Below the pieces are notes generated by a model. The model was not told where the DNA came from. It made no database searches and saw only the letters and a list, made by a program, of their open reading frames with translations. 64,000 bases of DNA from an uncultured Clostridia bacterium (GTDB lineage: Bacteria > Bacillota > Clostridia > Christensenellales > UBA1242): the NCBI GenBank assembly GCA_947584415.1, contig CANPWN010000002.1, forward strand, positions 27,692 through 91,691. Direction: 5' to 3'. A program made the position numbers and the translations under genes. Numbering within the stretch: position 1 is the stretch's first letter; each line of letters starts with the position of its first letter. Positions 8,991 through 18,261 of the stretch are shown here, in pieces.

Positions 8991-10118
8991 TTACAAGACA
9001 AAGTGCAAAATGTCAACTATAATCACAAAAGCAAACAGCACGCACAGGCCAATGAAATGAATTTTGTTTTCAAGTTCCCGCTTTATTGGCTTGCCACGAA
9101 TCCACTCAATCAGTGTAAAGACAACATGAGCGCCATCTAGCGCTGGAATTGGCAACAAGTTGAACACGGCAAGATTTGCTGAGATTGCCGGAATTAAAAT
9201 CAAAAGATTTAACAGACTTGCTTGCGCTGAAGATGCAATTGTTGTGATGGTTGTTATTGGCCCACCTATTAAAGAGATGTCAAGTTGGAAAGTTATAAGA
9301 AGCCACAATGATTTAAGGACTATCCATGCAAGCCCAAAAGCAAAACTCCAACATCTTGCAAGAGCCTCGCCAAAGGAATAAACATAGCGGTTTAAGGTTA
9401 TGCCCAATAGATAATTTTCTTGCTTCAGTTTGCCTTCTTCGTCATATTGCTTAACATCAAACATGCCGCAATCAAGTTCAACTTCTTTTCCATCTCTTCG
9501 CACAGTCACTTTGAAAGAAAAATCTTCAATTGGCTTTCCTTCTTTGACCCAAGCATCCGCTTTGTCTTGCTGCTCTTTTATCAGGTTTTGAAACAGGTCG
9601 CCAAACGCAAAGTCAACTTTTGTGTTTTCAACTTTAAGCACAACATCACCCTTTTGAAATTCATCTGCAACATAGGTGACATCCTCATAATTTTCGCCTT
9701 TGACAGTGACAAAGTTTTCATTAACTTGCATTACATCATAACCAATTGTGCATAAGAGAATCAGCGAAAACAAAACGGCAGTTAAAAAATTCATTGTTAT
9801 TCCGGCAAGAAAAACAATAATTCTTTTCCATGGTTTTTGAGCGTTGAAGGAGTCCTTGGCTTCCCCGCCATCTTTTTCGTCATCTCCTTCACCTTTAAAA
9901 GCGCAGTAGCCACCAAGCGGAAAAAGTCGAATAGAAAATTTCTCTCCTTTTTTTGAGGTATGAGAAAAAAGGGCTTTGCCAAAGCCAATTGAAAACTCTT
10001 CAATTTTAAACTTTAATATCTTGCCCGCAATGTAATGCCCAAGTTCATGAACCATAACCATGAAAAGCAGCACTGCAATTGCAACAACAACATACAAAAG
10101 CCCATTTAAAAAACTCAT
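8991..10118 (-). CDS. rseP: RIP metalloprotease RseP/RasP (M50, site-2 protease)
   Basis: HELGHY zinc motif, PDZ-like middle region, NLLPIPALDG. I place the start at the internal ATG (MSFLNG) with an SD, which avoids overlap with cdsA. Confidence 0.85.
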   Translation of the reverse strand: MSFLNGLLYVVVAIAVLLFMVMVHELGHYIAGKILKFKIEEFSIGFGKALFSHTSKKGEKFSIRLFPLGGYCAFKGEGDDEKDGGEAKDSFNAQKPWKRIIVFLAGITMNFLTAVLFSLILLCTIGYDVMQVNENFVTVKGENYEDVTYVADEFQKGDVVLKVENTKVDFAFGDLFQNLIKEQQDKADAWVKEGKPIEDFSFKVTVRRDGKEVELDCGMFDVKQYDEEGKLKQENYLLGITLNRYVYSFGEALARCWSFAFGLAWIVLKSLWLLITFQLDISLIGGPITTITTIASSAQASLLNLLILIPAISANLAVFNLLPIPALDGAHVVFTLIEWIRGKPIKRELENKIHFIGLCVLFAFVIIVDILHFVL

Positions 10119-10125
10119 TTTTCTC

Positions 10126-11067
10126 CTAAATAAGCACAAAGCAAAATGCAAGCAGCACAAGTGGTGCAACAAGAATATAACTGTCAATTCTGTCAAGCAT
10201 GCCGCCATGCCCTGGAAGTGCTTTGCCAGAGTCTTTCACTGAGGCTTTGCGTTTGATAAAACTTTCAATTAAATCACCAAACTGAGCGACAACCGAGCCA
10301 ACAAACACAATAATTATTAACTTCCATATTTCAAAGTTATTCACAAATGCTGCAAAAAAGTCTATTGAGCCAAAAATTAAATAAACGCAAGCGGACAAGA
10401 GAACACAAAATAATGTTCCCCCAATGCTGCCCGAGATTGTTTTGTTTGGGCTGACTTTTGGGGCAAGTTTTTTGCCGCCAATAAGCATGCCTGTGAGCAT
10501 TGCAAAAGTGTCTGTAAAGATTGGGATAAGCAGCGCAAATATGAGCATTACAAGTCCTGCTATTCCCCCAAAATTATCAATTTTTCCAAAGGCAATTTCA
10601 TCCAAATGATTTATGAAAATCATAAACAAAAACAAAAAGGTTGGATAGATAAGTGATATTGTTGTGTTGAGTGCCTTTTTAAATGAGAAAAGTGCAACAT
10701 TTGGCTTTAAATTGCGAACTTTAATTTCTTTTTTTGTTTGTTTTGGCAAACTAAGTTGCCAAATAAATGTGACAAGTGCAAGAAAAACAATGATTGCAAG
10801 ATTGATAAGAATTACATATCCAAAGCCCAAATTGTATATTATTCCAAGCAGCGTTGCCAAAGTGATAAGCATAGGGTTTGCAACGGAAAGATATATGTTG
10901 TTATAAAGCCCACATCTTGACAATAATTTGGAAATTTCATACGCTGCAACGCCTGCCACAACCATGAAAAACGCGTCAAAAAAGAAAGGACTGACATAGA
11001 TTTTTAGCACGAACATAATCACGAGCGTCAGTGTGATTGCAATTGATGTGAGAATTCTTGTTTTCAT
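10126..11067 (-). CDS. cdsA: Phosphatidate cytidylyltransferase (CDP-diglyceride synthase)
   Basis: Polytopic membrane protein with C-terminal signature KR...VKDSG..LPGHGGMLDRIDS. Start at MKTRIL after GGAGGCAACC. Confidence 0.9.
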   Translation of the reverse strand: MKTRILTSIAITLTLVIMFVLKIYVSPFFFDAFFMVVAGVAAYEISKLLSRCGLYNNIYLSVANPMLITLATLLGIIYNLGFGYVILINLAIIVFLALVTFIWQLSLPKQTKKEIKVRNLKPNVALFSFKKALNTTISLIYPTFLFLFMIFINHLDEIAFGKIDNFGGIAGLVMLIFALLIPIFTDTFAMLTGMLIGGKKLAPKVSPNKTISGSIGGTLFCVLLSACVYLIFGSIDFFAAFVNNFEIWKLIIIVFVGSVVAQFGDLIESFIKRKASVKDSGKALPGHGGMLDRIDSYILVAPLVLLAFCFVLI

Positions 11068-11747
11068 TGGTTGCCTCCAAATCTTCTGTTGCGTTTTGAA
11101 AAAACTTTCAGAGATTTTAATAATTGTTTTTTGTTGAAATCTGGCCAATAACATTTTGGAAAGTAAAGTTCAGAATAGGCCATTTGATAAAGCATAAAGT
11201 TGCTGATTCGCTGTTCACCACTTGTGCGAACAACAAAATCTGGGTCAGGGAAATCTTTTGAATAAAGGTGTTTGGAAATATCTTCGGGGGTCACTTTTTT
11301 CTTCCCTTCACTTATAATTTCGTTGACGGCTTTCACAATATCTTCTCTCCCGCCATAATTGATGCACATGCCAAGATTTAAGGTTTTGCAATTTTTTGTT
11401 TTTTCTTCAATTTTCAACATTTTTTGTCGAAATTTTTTGTCAAATACTGATTTATCACCGAAAAAAGTCACTTTTATGTCGTTTTTTGTAAAATAATCAG
11501 AATTTTCATTGAGATATTCATCTGCTAAGGCAAAAAGGCCGTCAACTTCTTCTTTGCTACGTTTCCAATTTTCAGTTGAAAACATAAAAAAACTTGCATA
11601 CTGAATTTTTAATTCCAAAAGGTTTTCTATGGTCGCTTTCAATGTTTTTGCACCCTCTCGGTGACCTGCATTTCTGGGCAAACCTCTCTTTTTTGCCCAC
11701 CTGCCGTTGCCATCCAAGATGAACGCAATATGTTTGGGATATATCAT
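11064..11747 (-). CDS. uppS: Undecaprenyl-diphosphate synthase
   Basis: HIAFILDGNGRWAK, FS.ENW.R, and RTSGEQRISNF motifs. Confidence 0.93.
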   Translation of the reverse strand: MIYPKHIAFILDGNGRWAKKRGLPRNAGHREGAKTLKATIENLLELKIQYASFFMFSTENWKRSKEEVDGLFALADEYLNENSDYFTKNDIKVTFFGDKSVFDKKFRQKMLKIEEKTKNCKTLNLGMCINYGGREDIVKAVNEIISEGKKKVTPEDISKHLYSKDFPDPDFVVRTSGEQRISNFMLYQMAYSELYFPKCYWPDFNKKQLLKSLKVFSKRNRRFGGNQ

Positions 11748-11761
11748 GTTAACCTCAATAA

Positions 11762-12331
11762 CTAGATTTCCAAAATTTCCTTTTCTTTTGCATTGAAAGT
11801 GCTGTCCACTTTGTCGCAATATTTGTCAAGCAGTTTTTGAACATCTGTTTCTAGTGAAGAGAATTCATCTTCGCTTATTTGCGCGTCCTTTTTCATGTTT
11901 TTTAAGTCATCCATAATGTCACGGCGAGCAGAACGCATTGTTATTTTTGTGTCCTCTGCAATCTTTTTGATTTGCTTTACAATTTCCCTTCTTCTCTCTT
12001 CATTGAGTTGTGGGAAAACCAGGCGAATTACTTTGCCATCATCAGAAGGTGTGATGCCTATGTCAGATGAGGCAATTGCCTTTGAAACATTTTTAACTTG
12101 GCTTGCGTCCCAAACGGTGATGCACAAAATTCTCGCCTCTTGAACTGTTATGTTTGCCATCTGTTTGATTGGGGTTGGAACACCATAATAATCTATGGAA
12201 ATCTTGTCAAGAATATGAGGGTTTGCCCTGCCTGCACGGATGACAAGATATTCATTTGTTTGGTGCGAAAGAGCCTTTTCCAATTCGGCTTCATAGTCAA
12301 AAAACTTTTCGTCAATAATTTCTTGTTGCAT
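11762..12331 (-). CDS. frr: Ribosome recycling factor
   Basis: IRAGRANP..LD.I.VDYYG..TP, ..LNEERRREIVK. Start at MQQEII with an SD. A TTGCCA-17-TATACT promoter lies upstream. Confidence 0.93.
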   Translation of the reverse strand: MQQEIIDEKFFDYEAELEKALSHQTNEYLVIRAGRANPHILDKISIDYYGVPTPIKQMANITVQEARILCITVWDASQVKNVSKAIASSDIGITPSDDGKVIRLVFPQLNEERRREIVKQIKKIAEDTKITMRSARRDIMDDLKNMKKDAQISEDEFSSLETDVQKLLDKYCDKVDSTFNAKEKEILEI

Positions 12332-12377
12332 ATTTTTCTCCTTATCACCTAGTATACATATTTTTCTTTGTTTTGGC

Positions 12378-12409
12378 AAATAAAAAGAGCCTTTTGTTTT
12401 TAAGGCTCT
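12378..12409 (-). terminator. Rho-independent terminator after the 954-aa orphan
   Basis: AGAGCCTT-8 nt loop-AAGGCTCT followed by TTTTTATTT on the reverse strand. Confidence 0.7.
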
Positions 12410-12414
12410 CTTTT

Positions 12415-15279
12415 TTAATTGTCGCGAGTAAGTTCTGATTGGCTGTTTTCAAGTTTTTCGTAAATTTCCCACATCTTGTTGCTCTCTTCCTCGCTTATAT
12501 CATTTCGCTCAAAGCCGTTTGTAAGCACGCTGTTTGCCATTTTTGAGGCTAAGGCTTTGTTGGATTCTGGGTCAGATGAAAGTTTGCCGCGTTTGCTGAA
12601 GTTTGCTAAAACATCAGAAAGCATTGTTTCCAAAAGTTTGGCGTCATCATCTTTTGTTGCATCACTTATGATGTTTGTCACTGCATTTATGCCAATTTCA
12701 TAAAGATTGTCAAGCGCAGTTTTTCCTTCATTATACAAGTCAGAGTTGCCTAAAGCATCCAAGATTATTTTTGCCTTTGCAGATGCGCGAACTTCATCTT
12801 TTGTGCTTTTATCATCTGTTATAACTTTTGTGGCGTTATCCTGCCCCATTTCAATAATTTTTGGCAGACGGCTTTTATATTTTTCATAAAATTTTTGATA
12901 ACTTACGCCAATGCACTCATGGAATTCATGGAGTTTGTCAAACAGTGAGTGCTCTTCATCAAAACTTATGAGTTTGCGTGTCAATTCAAGGTCATCTGAT
13001 GTTTTGTTTTGTTTTGACAAGTAATACATGTCAAGGAAGAAAGAGAAAAGATAAAAATCAGGTTGTTCGTCCGCTGGCAGTTGGCTTGCCGCTGTTTCCA
13101 AAGCGTCTTTGTCAAATTCGCCAAGAAGAACATTTTCTTTGATGTATTGAACATAGTCCTTTGGGTTTTTGAAGCCATATTTTGCCTTTCCACCATACAC
13201 TAGTTTATCATCTGAAATATCCGCAGATGAAACAATGTTGTCGAAGATTTTGTCAAGCATTGCTTTTTCATCATCACTTAACTCAGTCATGTCAATGTCA
13301 TAAAGCTGTGAGCCAATTAAATGGATGATATTTTTTGTGTTTTGGCGTCTTATGGCTCTTTTTTGTGTTGCACCGTTTAAAGATGCAACTGCACGCGTTG
13401 ATTTGCCTGCAAGACCCAACAAAACTGAATTCAAACTGCGAGCAAGTTTTGCCTTTGATTGAAAGTCTGAAGCCTTGTTCAAAACTGCCTTTAAGAACAT
13501 AGGTTTAAGGTCCAGAATTGCAAGGTTTGTTGAAAGTATGTTTGCAACTGTTTCAGAGCCATAATTTTCAAGCAAGGTTTTAAGATTTTCATGATATGCT
13601 TTTTCTTGAGTGTTGTTTTTTCCATAATGGCAGAAAACTCGTTGATTTTTGTTTAAACACAGGTTGCGGTTGTTTTCAGCACGAAGAATTGTGACATCTG
13701 AAAGTGCTTTTTTTATTTTTTCAAAATTTTCCTTCTCTTGCAAAGATGCAATTCCTTCCGCTTGAAGTTTGTCAAGGCAGTCCATGATTTTGTTTTCCCT
13801 GCTCTTGCAGTCCTCAAGATTGAGGTTCATGATTGATGCATCTTCTTCCAAAATTAAAACCGCATATTTTGACAGAGCGTCCCTGCCATAAGCGTTGATA
13901 ACATCTGTTTTTAAGGTCAAGTTTGCTCTGCTGTCAACATAAGAAAAGATTTGTGATGGCTTGTCCTTAATGAACAACTTAACAAGTTGTCTGGACAGTC
14001 TTTGTTGCATTGCTGTGTCAGTCGCGGACAATACAAATTTTCCGTTGTTATCAAACAATTTTAAACCTGAGAAAAATTCCTTATTTCTTGTTACGAAATC
14101 CTGAATTGCCTCGCTCTTTACAACTTCCTCATCAAAGATGTTTGTTAAAAATTCAACAGTTCTGTCAATTGTGTCATTGTTGATTTCAAGCACGGTTGTT
14201 GCGGCAGTTTTAAGAATTTCCAAAATTGTAATTTCGTCTTTTCCTGGGAAAAGCCTTTTCAAATCACTGAATATTTTTGGCATATTTTCATTTGTTTTTG
14301 CAAAATTCTTTGTGTTGTATGTGTCCTGCACCAAAATGCCTTCAGAGCGTGATTTTAATATCTTATCAAGGAGAATATCCTCTTTCGAGATTTTCATATC
14401 TCTAAGTTTTTGCAGTGCTTCATCTTTGCTTACAACTGCCCCCCAAATTGCTTTTTGGATATATTTTTCCGTAAGGAAATCTTCAATTGTTGCTGTTTCA
14501 CGCAAAAAGGTTTCAATGATGTGAACTTTCTCAATGCTGTCAATCACCGCTTCAGTTGCCACGCTTCCTCGCTTTCTTATTTGTTCAACTTCGCACAAGT
14601 CCAAAATTCTGTCAATCACCTGCAAAACTTTTTCGTCAACAAAACCTTTATAGTGGTTATTAAAAACATTTACAAGTTCTGTGACAAGTTGCTCTTTGCC
14701 TTCCATCAAAAGGTCATCAGTTTTGTCTGTGATAGTTTTTTCAAGTTTTTCAAAGCCATCATAGTTGACGGCAAAATGTGATTTGAGAAAATCTTCTCTG
14801 TATTTTGCGTCATCAAGCATTGAATTGCCAAGTTTAATAAGCCTGTTATATTCTTTTTTTATAAATTCGCAGTATTTTAAAACACAGGCTTTTTTGGTTT
14901 CAAAATCAATGTCTATTTTTGTAATTGTGCCTGCTTCGATTCTTGGGCGGTTGATGCTGTATATTAATTGATTGATTGTTGTATCTGAGGTGTTGTTTAA
15001 ACATCTGTCCTTTTTTAAAATTATCCACCAGCCTTCATTATCATTTGATGATGTGTTCCCTACTGCAGGCAAAATTTTTTTAATTTCATCTTTTGAAAGA
15101 TGTTTTATATAGTAAAGTTCGTTAAAATAAAACAACATGTCGTCATCATTGGCTTCTTCAACAAACTTAAGTTCGTCAATTTCTTTTTTAAATTCTTTAA
15201 TTTTTTTGCTAATTTGTTCCGTTTTGAATTTTATATCATCAAGTGGTGTCAAAATTTCTTGAGTTTTCTTTTTCTTCAT
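12415..15279 (-). CDS. Large (954 aa) hypothetical protein, probably alpha-helical and cytosolic, with no recognised domain
   Basis: Long uninterrupted ORF. The best start is MKKKKTQEIL at 15279, after AAGGAGATAAAA. It has its own promoter-like TTGACT-17-TATTTT and terminators on both sides. No signal peptide, TM segment or P-loop is evident. Confidence 0.7.
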   Translation of the reverse strand: MKKKKTQEILTPLDDIKFKTEQISKKIKEFKKEIDELKFVEEANDDDMLFYFNELYYIKHLSKDEIKKILPAVGNTSSNDNEGWWIILKKDRCLNNTSDTTINQLIYSINRPRIEAGTITKIDIDFETKKACVLKYCEFIKKEYNRLIKLGNSMLDDAKYREDFLKSHFAVNYDGFEKLEKTITDKTDDLLMEGKEQLVTELVNVFNNHYKGFVDEKVLQVIDRILDLCEVEQIRKRGSVATEAVIDSIEKVHIIETFLRETATIEDFLTEKYIQKAIWGAVVSKDEALQKLRDMKISKEDILLDKILKSRSEGILVQDTYNTKNFAKTNENMPKIFSDLKRLFPGKDEITILEILKTAATTVLEINNDTIDRTVEFLTNIFDEEVVKSEAIQDFVTRNKEFFSGLKLFDNNGKFVLSATDTAMQQRLSRQLVKLFIKDKPSQIFSYVDSRANLTLKTDVINAYGRDALSKYAVLILEEDASIMNLNLEDCKSRENKIMDCLDKLQAEGIASLQEKENFEKIKKALSDVTILRAENNRNLCLNKNQRVFCHYGKNNTQEKAYHENLKTLLENYGSETVANILSTNLAILDLKPMFLKAVLNKASDFQSKAKLARSLNSVLLGLAGKSTRAVASLNGATQKRAIRRQNTKNIIHLIGSQLYDIDMTELSDDEKAMLDKIFDNIVSSADISDDKLVYGGKAKYGFKNPKDYVQYIKENVLLGEFDKDALETAASQLPADEQPDFYLFSFFLDMYYLSKQNKTSDDLELTRKLISFDEEHSLFDKLHEFHECIGVSYQKFYEKYKSRLPKIIEMGQDNATKVITDDKSTKDEVRASAKAKIILDALGNSDLYNEGKTALDNLYEIGINAVTNIISDATKDDDAKLLETMLSDVLANFSKRGKLSSDPESNKALASKMANSVLTNGFERNDISEEESNKMWEIYEKLENSQSELTRDN

Positions 15280-15345
15280 TTTTATCTCCTTAAAATTAAC
15301 TATATTAAAATAACATATAGCCGCCCAAAAGTCAATACAGATTAG

Positions 15346-15371
15346 AAAAAAAGAAGGCAAATTTTGCCCTC
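15346..15371 (-). terminator. Rho-independent terminator after tsf
   Basis: GAGGGCAAA..TTTGCCTTC stem (one mismatch) followed by T7 on the reverse strand. Confidence 0.6.
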
Positions 15372-15390
15372 TTTTTCATTTTGTTTTAAC

Positions 15391-16041
15391 TTATTTGTTG
15401 CCAGACATTTTTGCAACTTCTTCAGCAAGATTATCTTGCCTTTTTTCAAGGCCTTCACCCATTTCATATCTCACAAAACGGCGAATTGAAATTTTTTCAC
15501 CAGTTGTGAGTGTCGCTTCGTTAAGCACAGTTTGAATTGTTTTTGAACTGTCTTTAACAAAATCTTGGTCCAAAAGGCAGAAGTCTTTGTAAAATTTTAC
15601 AACCCTTCCTTCAACCATTTTTTCAATGATTTTTTCAGGTTTTCCTTCATTTAAGGCTTGAGCACGAAGAATTTCCTTCTCTTTTTCAAGCACGTCTGCA
15701 GGCACTTCTTCTCTTGTGACATATTTTGGGTTTGCGGCTGCAATTTGCATTGCAATGTCTTTTACAAGTGCGTTGAAAGCGTCTGTTCTTGCAACAAAGT
15801 CTGTTTCGCAGTTCACTTCAACAAGCACACCAATTTTTCCACCCATGTGGATGTAAGATGCAACCACACCTTCGGAAGCAATTCTGCCCTGCTTTTTTGA
15901 AGCAGCGGCCATACCTTTTTCTCTGAGCCACTGAGTTGCTTTTTCAAAATCACCATCACATTCTGTGAGAGCCTTTTTGCAGTCCATCATCCCGGCGTTT
16001 GTTCTCGCACGAAGTTCGGCGACATCTTTTGCTGTAAACAT
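15391..16041 (-). CDS. tsf: Elongation factor Ts (short form)
   Basis: [27 protein letters not shown]-terminal UBA-like signature. Confidence 0.95.
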   Translation of the reverse strand: MFTAKDVAELRARTNAGMMDCKKALTECDGDFEKATQWLREKGMAAASKKQGRIASEGVVASYIHMGGKIGVLVEVNCETDFVARTDAFNALVKDIAMQIAAANPKYVTREEVPADVLEKEKEILRAQALNEGKPEKIIEKMVEGRVVKFYKDFCLLDQDFVKDSSKTIQTVLNEATLTTGEKISIRRFVRYEMGEGLEKRQDNLAEEVAKMSGNK

Positions 16042-16047
16042 ATTGAA

Positions 16048-16968
16048 TTATTCTCCTTTTGTTTCAGTTTTCTTTGCTTTTGTGGTCTTTGCTGTTTCTT
16101 CTGTCTTTTCTTCTTCCTTCACTTCTTCAGCCTTTGGAGCAAGCCTTTTTGGAGAAGGCTTCTTTTTTGACACCTTCTTTTCCTTGTCCTCTGGCTTAAC
16201 TTCCAAAGCAGTGATGGCTTTCATTGCCTCTTCCATGTCAACAGCCTCTTCCTCTTTTGTTTCTGGATTTTCCTGTTTCATGGAAACACCCTCTTTGGCT
16301 TCAATAACAGCGTCTGCAATGGCTGAAGCAATAAGTTTAACTGACCTGATTGCATCATCATTGCCTGGGATAACATATGTTATTCCAGTTGGGTCACAAT
16401 TTGTGTCCACAAGGCCAACCATTGGGATGTGAAGTGACAAAGCTTCTTTTACGCAGATGTGTTCGCAATTAGGGTCAACCACGAAGATAACACCTGGCAT
16501 TTCACGCATGTCCTTAATTCCGCCCAAGTTCTTTTCAAGTTTTGCCCTCTCCGCTTTGAGTGTGGCAACCTCTTTTTTAGGCAGAAGATCAAACTCACCA
16601 ACCTTTTCCATTTGTGTGAGTTTATTGAGCCTTTCAATTCTCTTTAAGATTGTTTTGAAGTTTGTAAGGCATCCGCCAAGCCAACGAGAATTAACATAGA
16701 ACATCCCGCATCTTTCTGCTTCCTCTTTGATGGCTTCTTGTGCCTGTTTTTTCGTTCCTACAAACAGAACGCTTTTTCCTGCAGCAACGGTGTCACGAAC
16801 AAAAACATACGCTTTGTCAATGAGTTCGCTTGTTTTTTCAAGGTTAAGAATATGGATGTCATTTCTTGCCATGAAAATGTAAGGTTTCATTTTTGGGTTC
16901 CATTTTCTTGTTTGGTGACCAAAGTGAACGCCTGCTTCAAGAAGTTGTTTCATTGAAATAACCGACAT
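16048..16968 (-). CDS. rpsB: 30S ribosomal protein S2 with Lys/Glu-rich C-terminal extension
   Basis: [19 protein letters not shown]. Start at MSVISM after GGAGGAAAAAAACA. About 80 aa of K/E/T-rich tail lie beyond the conserved core. Confidence 0.95.
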   Translation of the reverse strand: MSVISMKQLLEAGVHFGHQTRKWNPKMKPYIFMARNDIHILNLEKTSELIDKAYVFVRDTVAAGKSVLFVGTKKQAQEAIKEEAERCGMFYVNSRWLGGCLTNFKTILKRIERLNKLTQMEKVGEFDLLPKKEVATLKAERAKLEKNLGGIKDMREMPGVIFVVDPNCEHICVKEALSLHIPMVGLVDTNCDPTGITYVIPGNDDAIRSVKLIASAIADAVIEAKEGVSMKQENPETKEEEAVDMEEAMKAITALEVKPEDKEKKVSKKKPSPKRLAPKAEEVKEEEKTEETAKTTKAKKTETKGE

Positions 16969-17147
16969 TGTTTTTTTCCTCCTTTTTGTTTTTGTTTCTT
17001 CCCCTTTCTTTTTTGCTCTTCCCCTCAACCTGCACTTGACCCTAAGCACATAGGCAACAATGGGAAAATAAGATAAGAGTGCTTATTTGTCGATTGACAA
17101 AGTCAAGTATAACATAACAAAACAAAAATATCAAGCGATTTGCCATG

Positions 17148-17176
17148 AAAATAAAAAAGGCAGCGATTAAACTGCC
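17148..17176 (-). terminator. Rho-independent terminator overlapping the secF stop
   Basis: GGCAG-8 nt-CTGCC followed by TTTTTTATTTT on the reverse strand. Confidence 0.55.
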
Positions 17177-18261
17177 AATTCGCCGCCTGATTTCTTTTCT
17201 GTTTTCTTCTGTTTGCGTTTGAACCATCTTTGTCCCGGTCTGAAAGCCAAAGCCCATAATCCTGGAGCAAGAAAGACTGAACTATAAAAGCCTGCAAGCA
17301 CGCCAACAACAATTGGAATTGCAAAGTCACGAATATCACTCACACCAATTATTGCAACAAGAGCAATTGTCACAAAGGTTGTCAAAGTTGTGAAAACACT
17401 TCTTGTCATTGTTCCCTTAACTGATGCATTTGCAATGGTTTCGTTTGTATCTTTGTCATATTTTCCGGAACGCTGATTTTCACGCACACGGTCAAATATG
17501 ACAATTGTATTGTTGATTGAGTAGCCAAGAATTGTGACAAGTGCAGCAACAAATGACGCGTTGATTTGCACACGGAAGATGAGCATGAAGGATGTTGTCA
17601 CCAAAAGGTCGTGGAAAAGAGCCAAAATTGTGGCAAGACCGCTTGTGATTTCAAACCTGATTGCAACATAGACCAAAATGAGTGCAAGTGCCACTAGCAT
17701 GGCAATAAATGCGTTCATCAAAAGTTCACTGCTTGCAGAAGGCGTCACCGTTCCAATTGAAGCAACAGCAAATTCACCATTTGTAACCTCACTATAGCCA
17801 AAAGCCTCGGCAAGTTCATCACGAATTGCATTATTGGTTGCCTCAATTTGAGTTGAATTTTGTCCAGATGCATTTTGATATTTAACCTGAACTGCTTGTC
17901 CATCAAAAACATCAAGTTGTGTAACTTCAATGCTTGTTGTTTGGTAAACGCTTGCTTTTAGACCATGATTTGCCAAAACTTCATCAATTTTGCGTTGCAT
18001 TGCAGAATAGTCGCTAGACTTGGTTAAGTCATATTTTTGTGCTGTTGCAATTTCTCCACCATTGTTTGCGTAAATCTTCATGATAGAGCCGCCCGTAAAG
18101 TCCATGCCAAGATTGAACCCAACTGTGCAAAGCAGGATAATTCCAACGATTATGATGATGGCAGGTGCAATCAAAAACCACTTTAAATTCTTGCAATAGT
18201 CAAATTTTGATGAGGCAATTCTTTCGTCAAAAGACAGGCGAGATTTTTTAAACTTTTTCAT
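17167..18261 (-). CDS. secF: Protein translocase subunit SecF
   Basis: Periplasmic loop plus C-terminal 5-TM SecDF signature (GYSINNTIVIFDRVREN). Start at MKKFKK with a GGAGGCAAAAG SD. Confidence 0.9.
   Translation of the reverse strand: MKKFKKSRLSFDERIASSKFDYCKNLKWFLIAPAIIIIVGIILLCTVGFNLGMDFTGGSIMKIYANNGGEIATAQKYDLTKSSDYSAMQRKIDEVLANHGLKASVYQTTSIEVTQLDVFDGQAVQVKYQNASGQNSTQIEATNNAIRDELAEAFGYSEVTNGEFAVASIGTVTPSASSELLMNAFIAMLVALALILVYVAIRFEITSGLATILALFHDLLVTTSFMLIFRVQINASFVAALVTILGYSINNTIVIFDRVRENQRSGKYDKDTNETIANASVKGTMTRSVFTTLTTFVTIALVAIIGVSDIRDFAIPIVVGVLAGFYSSVFLAPGLWALAFRPGQRWFKRKQKKTEKKSGGELAV

Noticed and set aside
10119-10208. N-terminal extensions of track ORFs: rseP 10119-10208, cdsA 11068-11154, uppS 11748-11819, frr 12332-12379, orphan 15280-15360, rpsB 16969-17049, sigK 35669-35725
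   Set aside because: Each extension overlaps the upstream gene or intergenic signals. Each also contains an internal start with a proper SD that coincides with the conserved N-terminus of the family.
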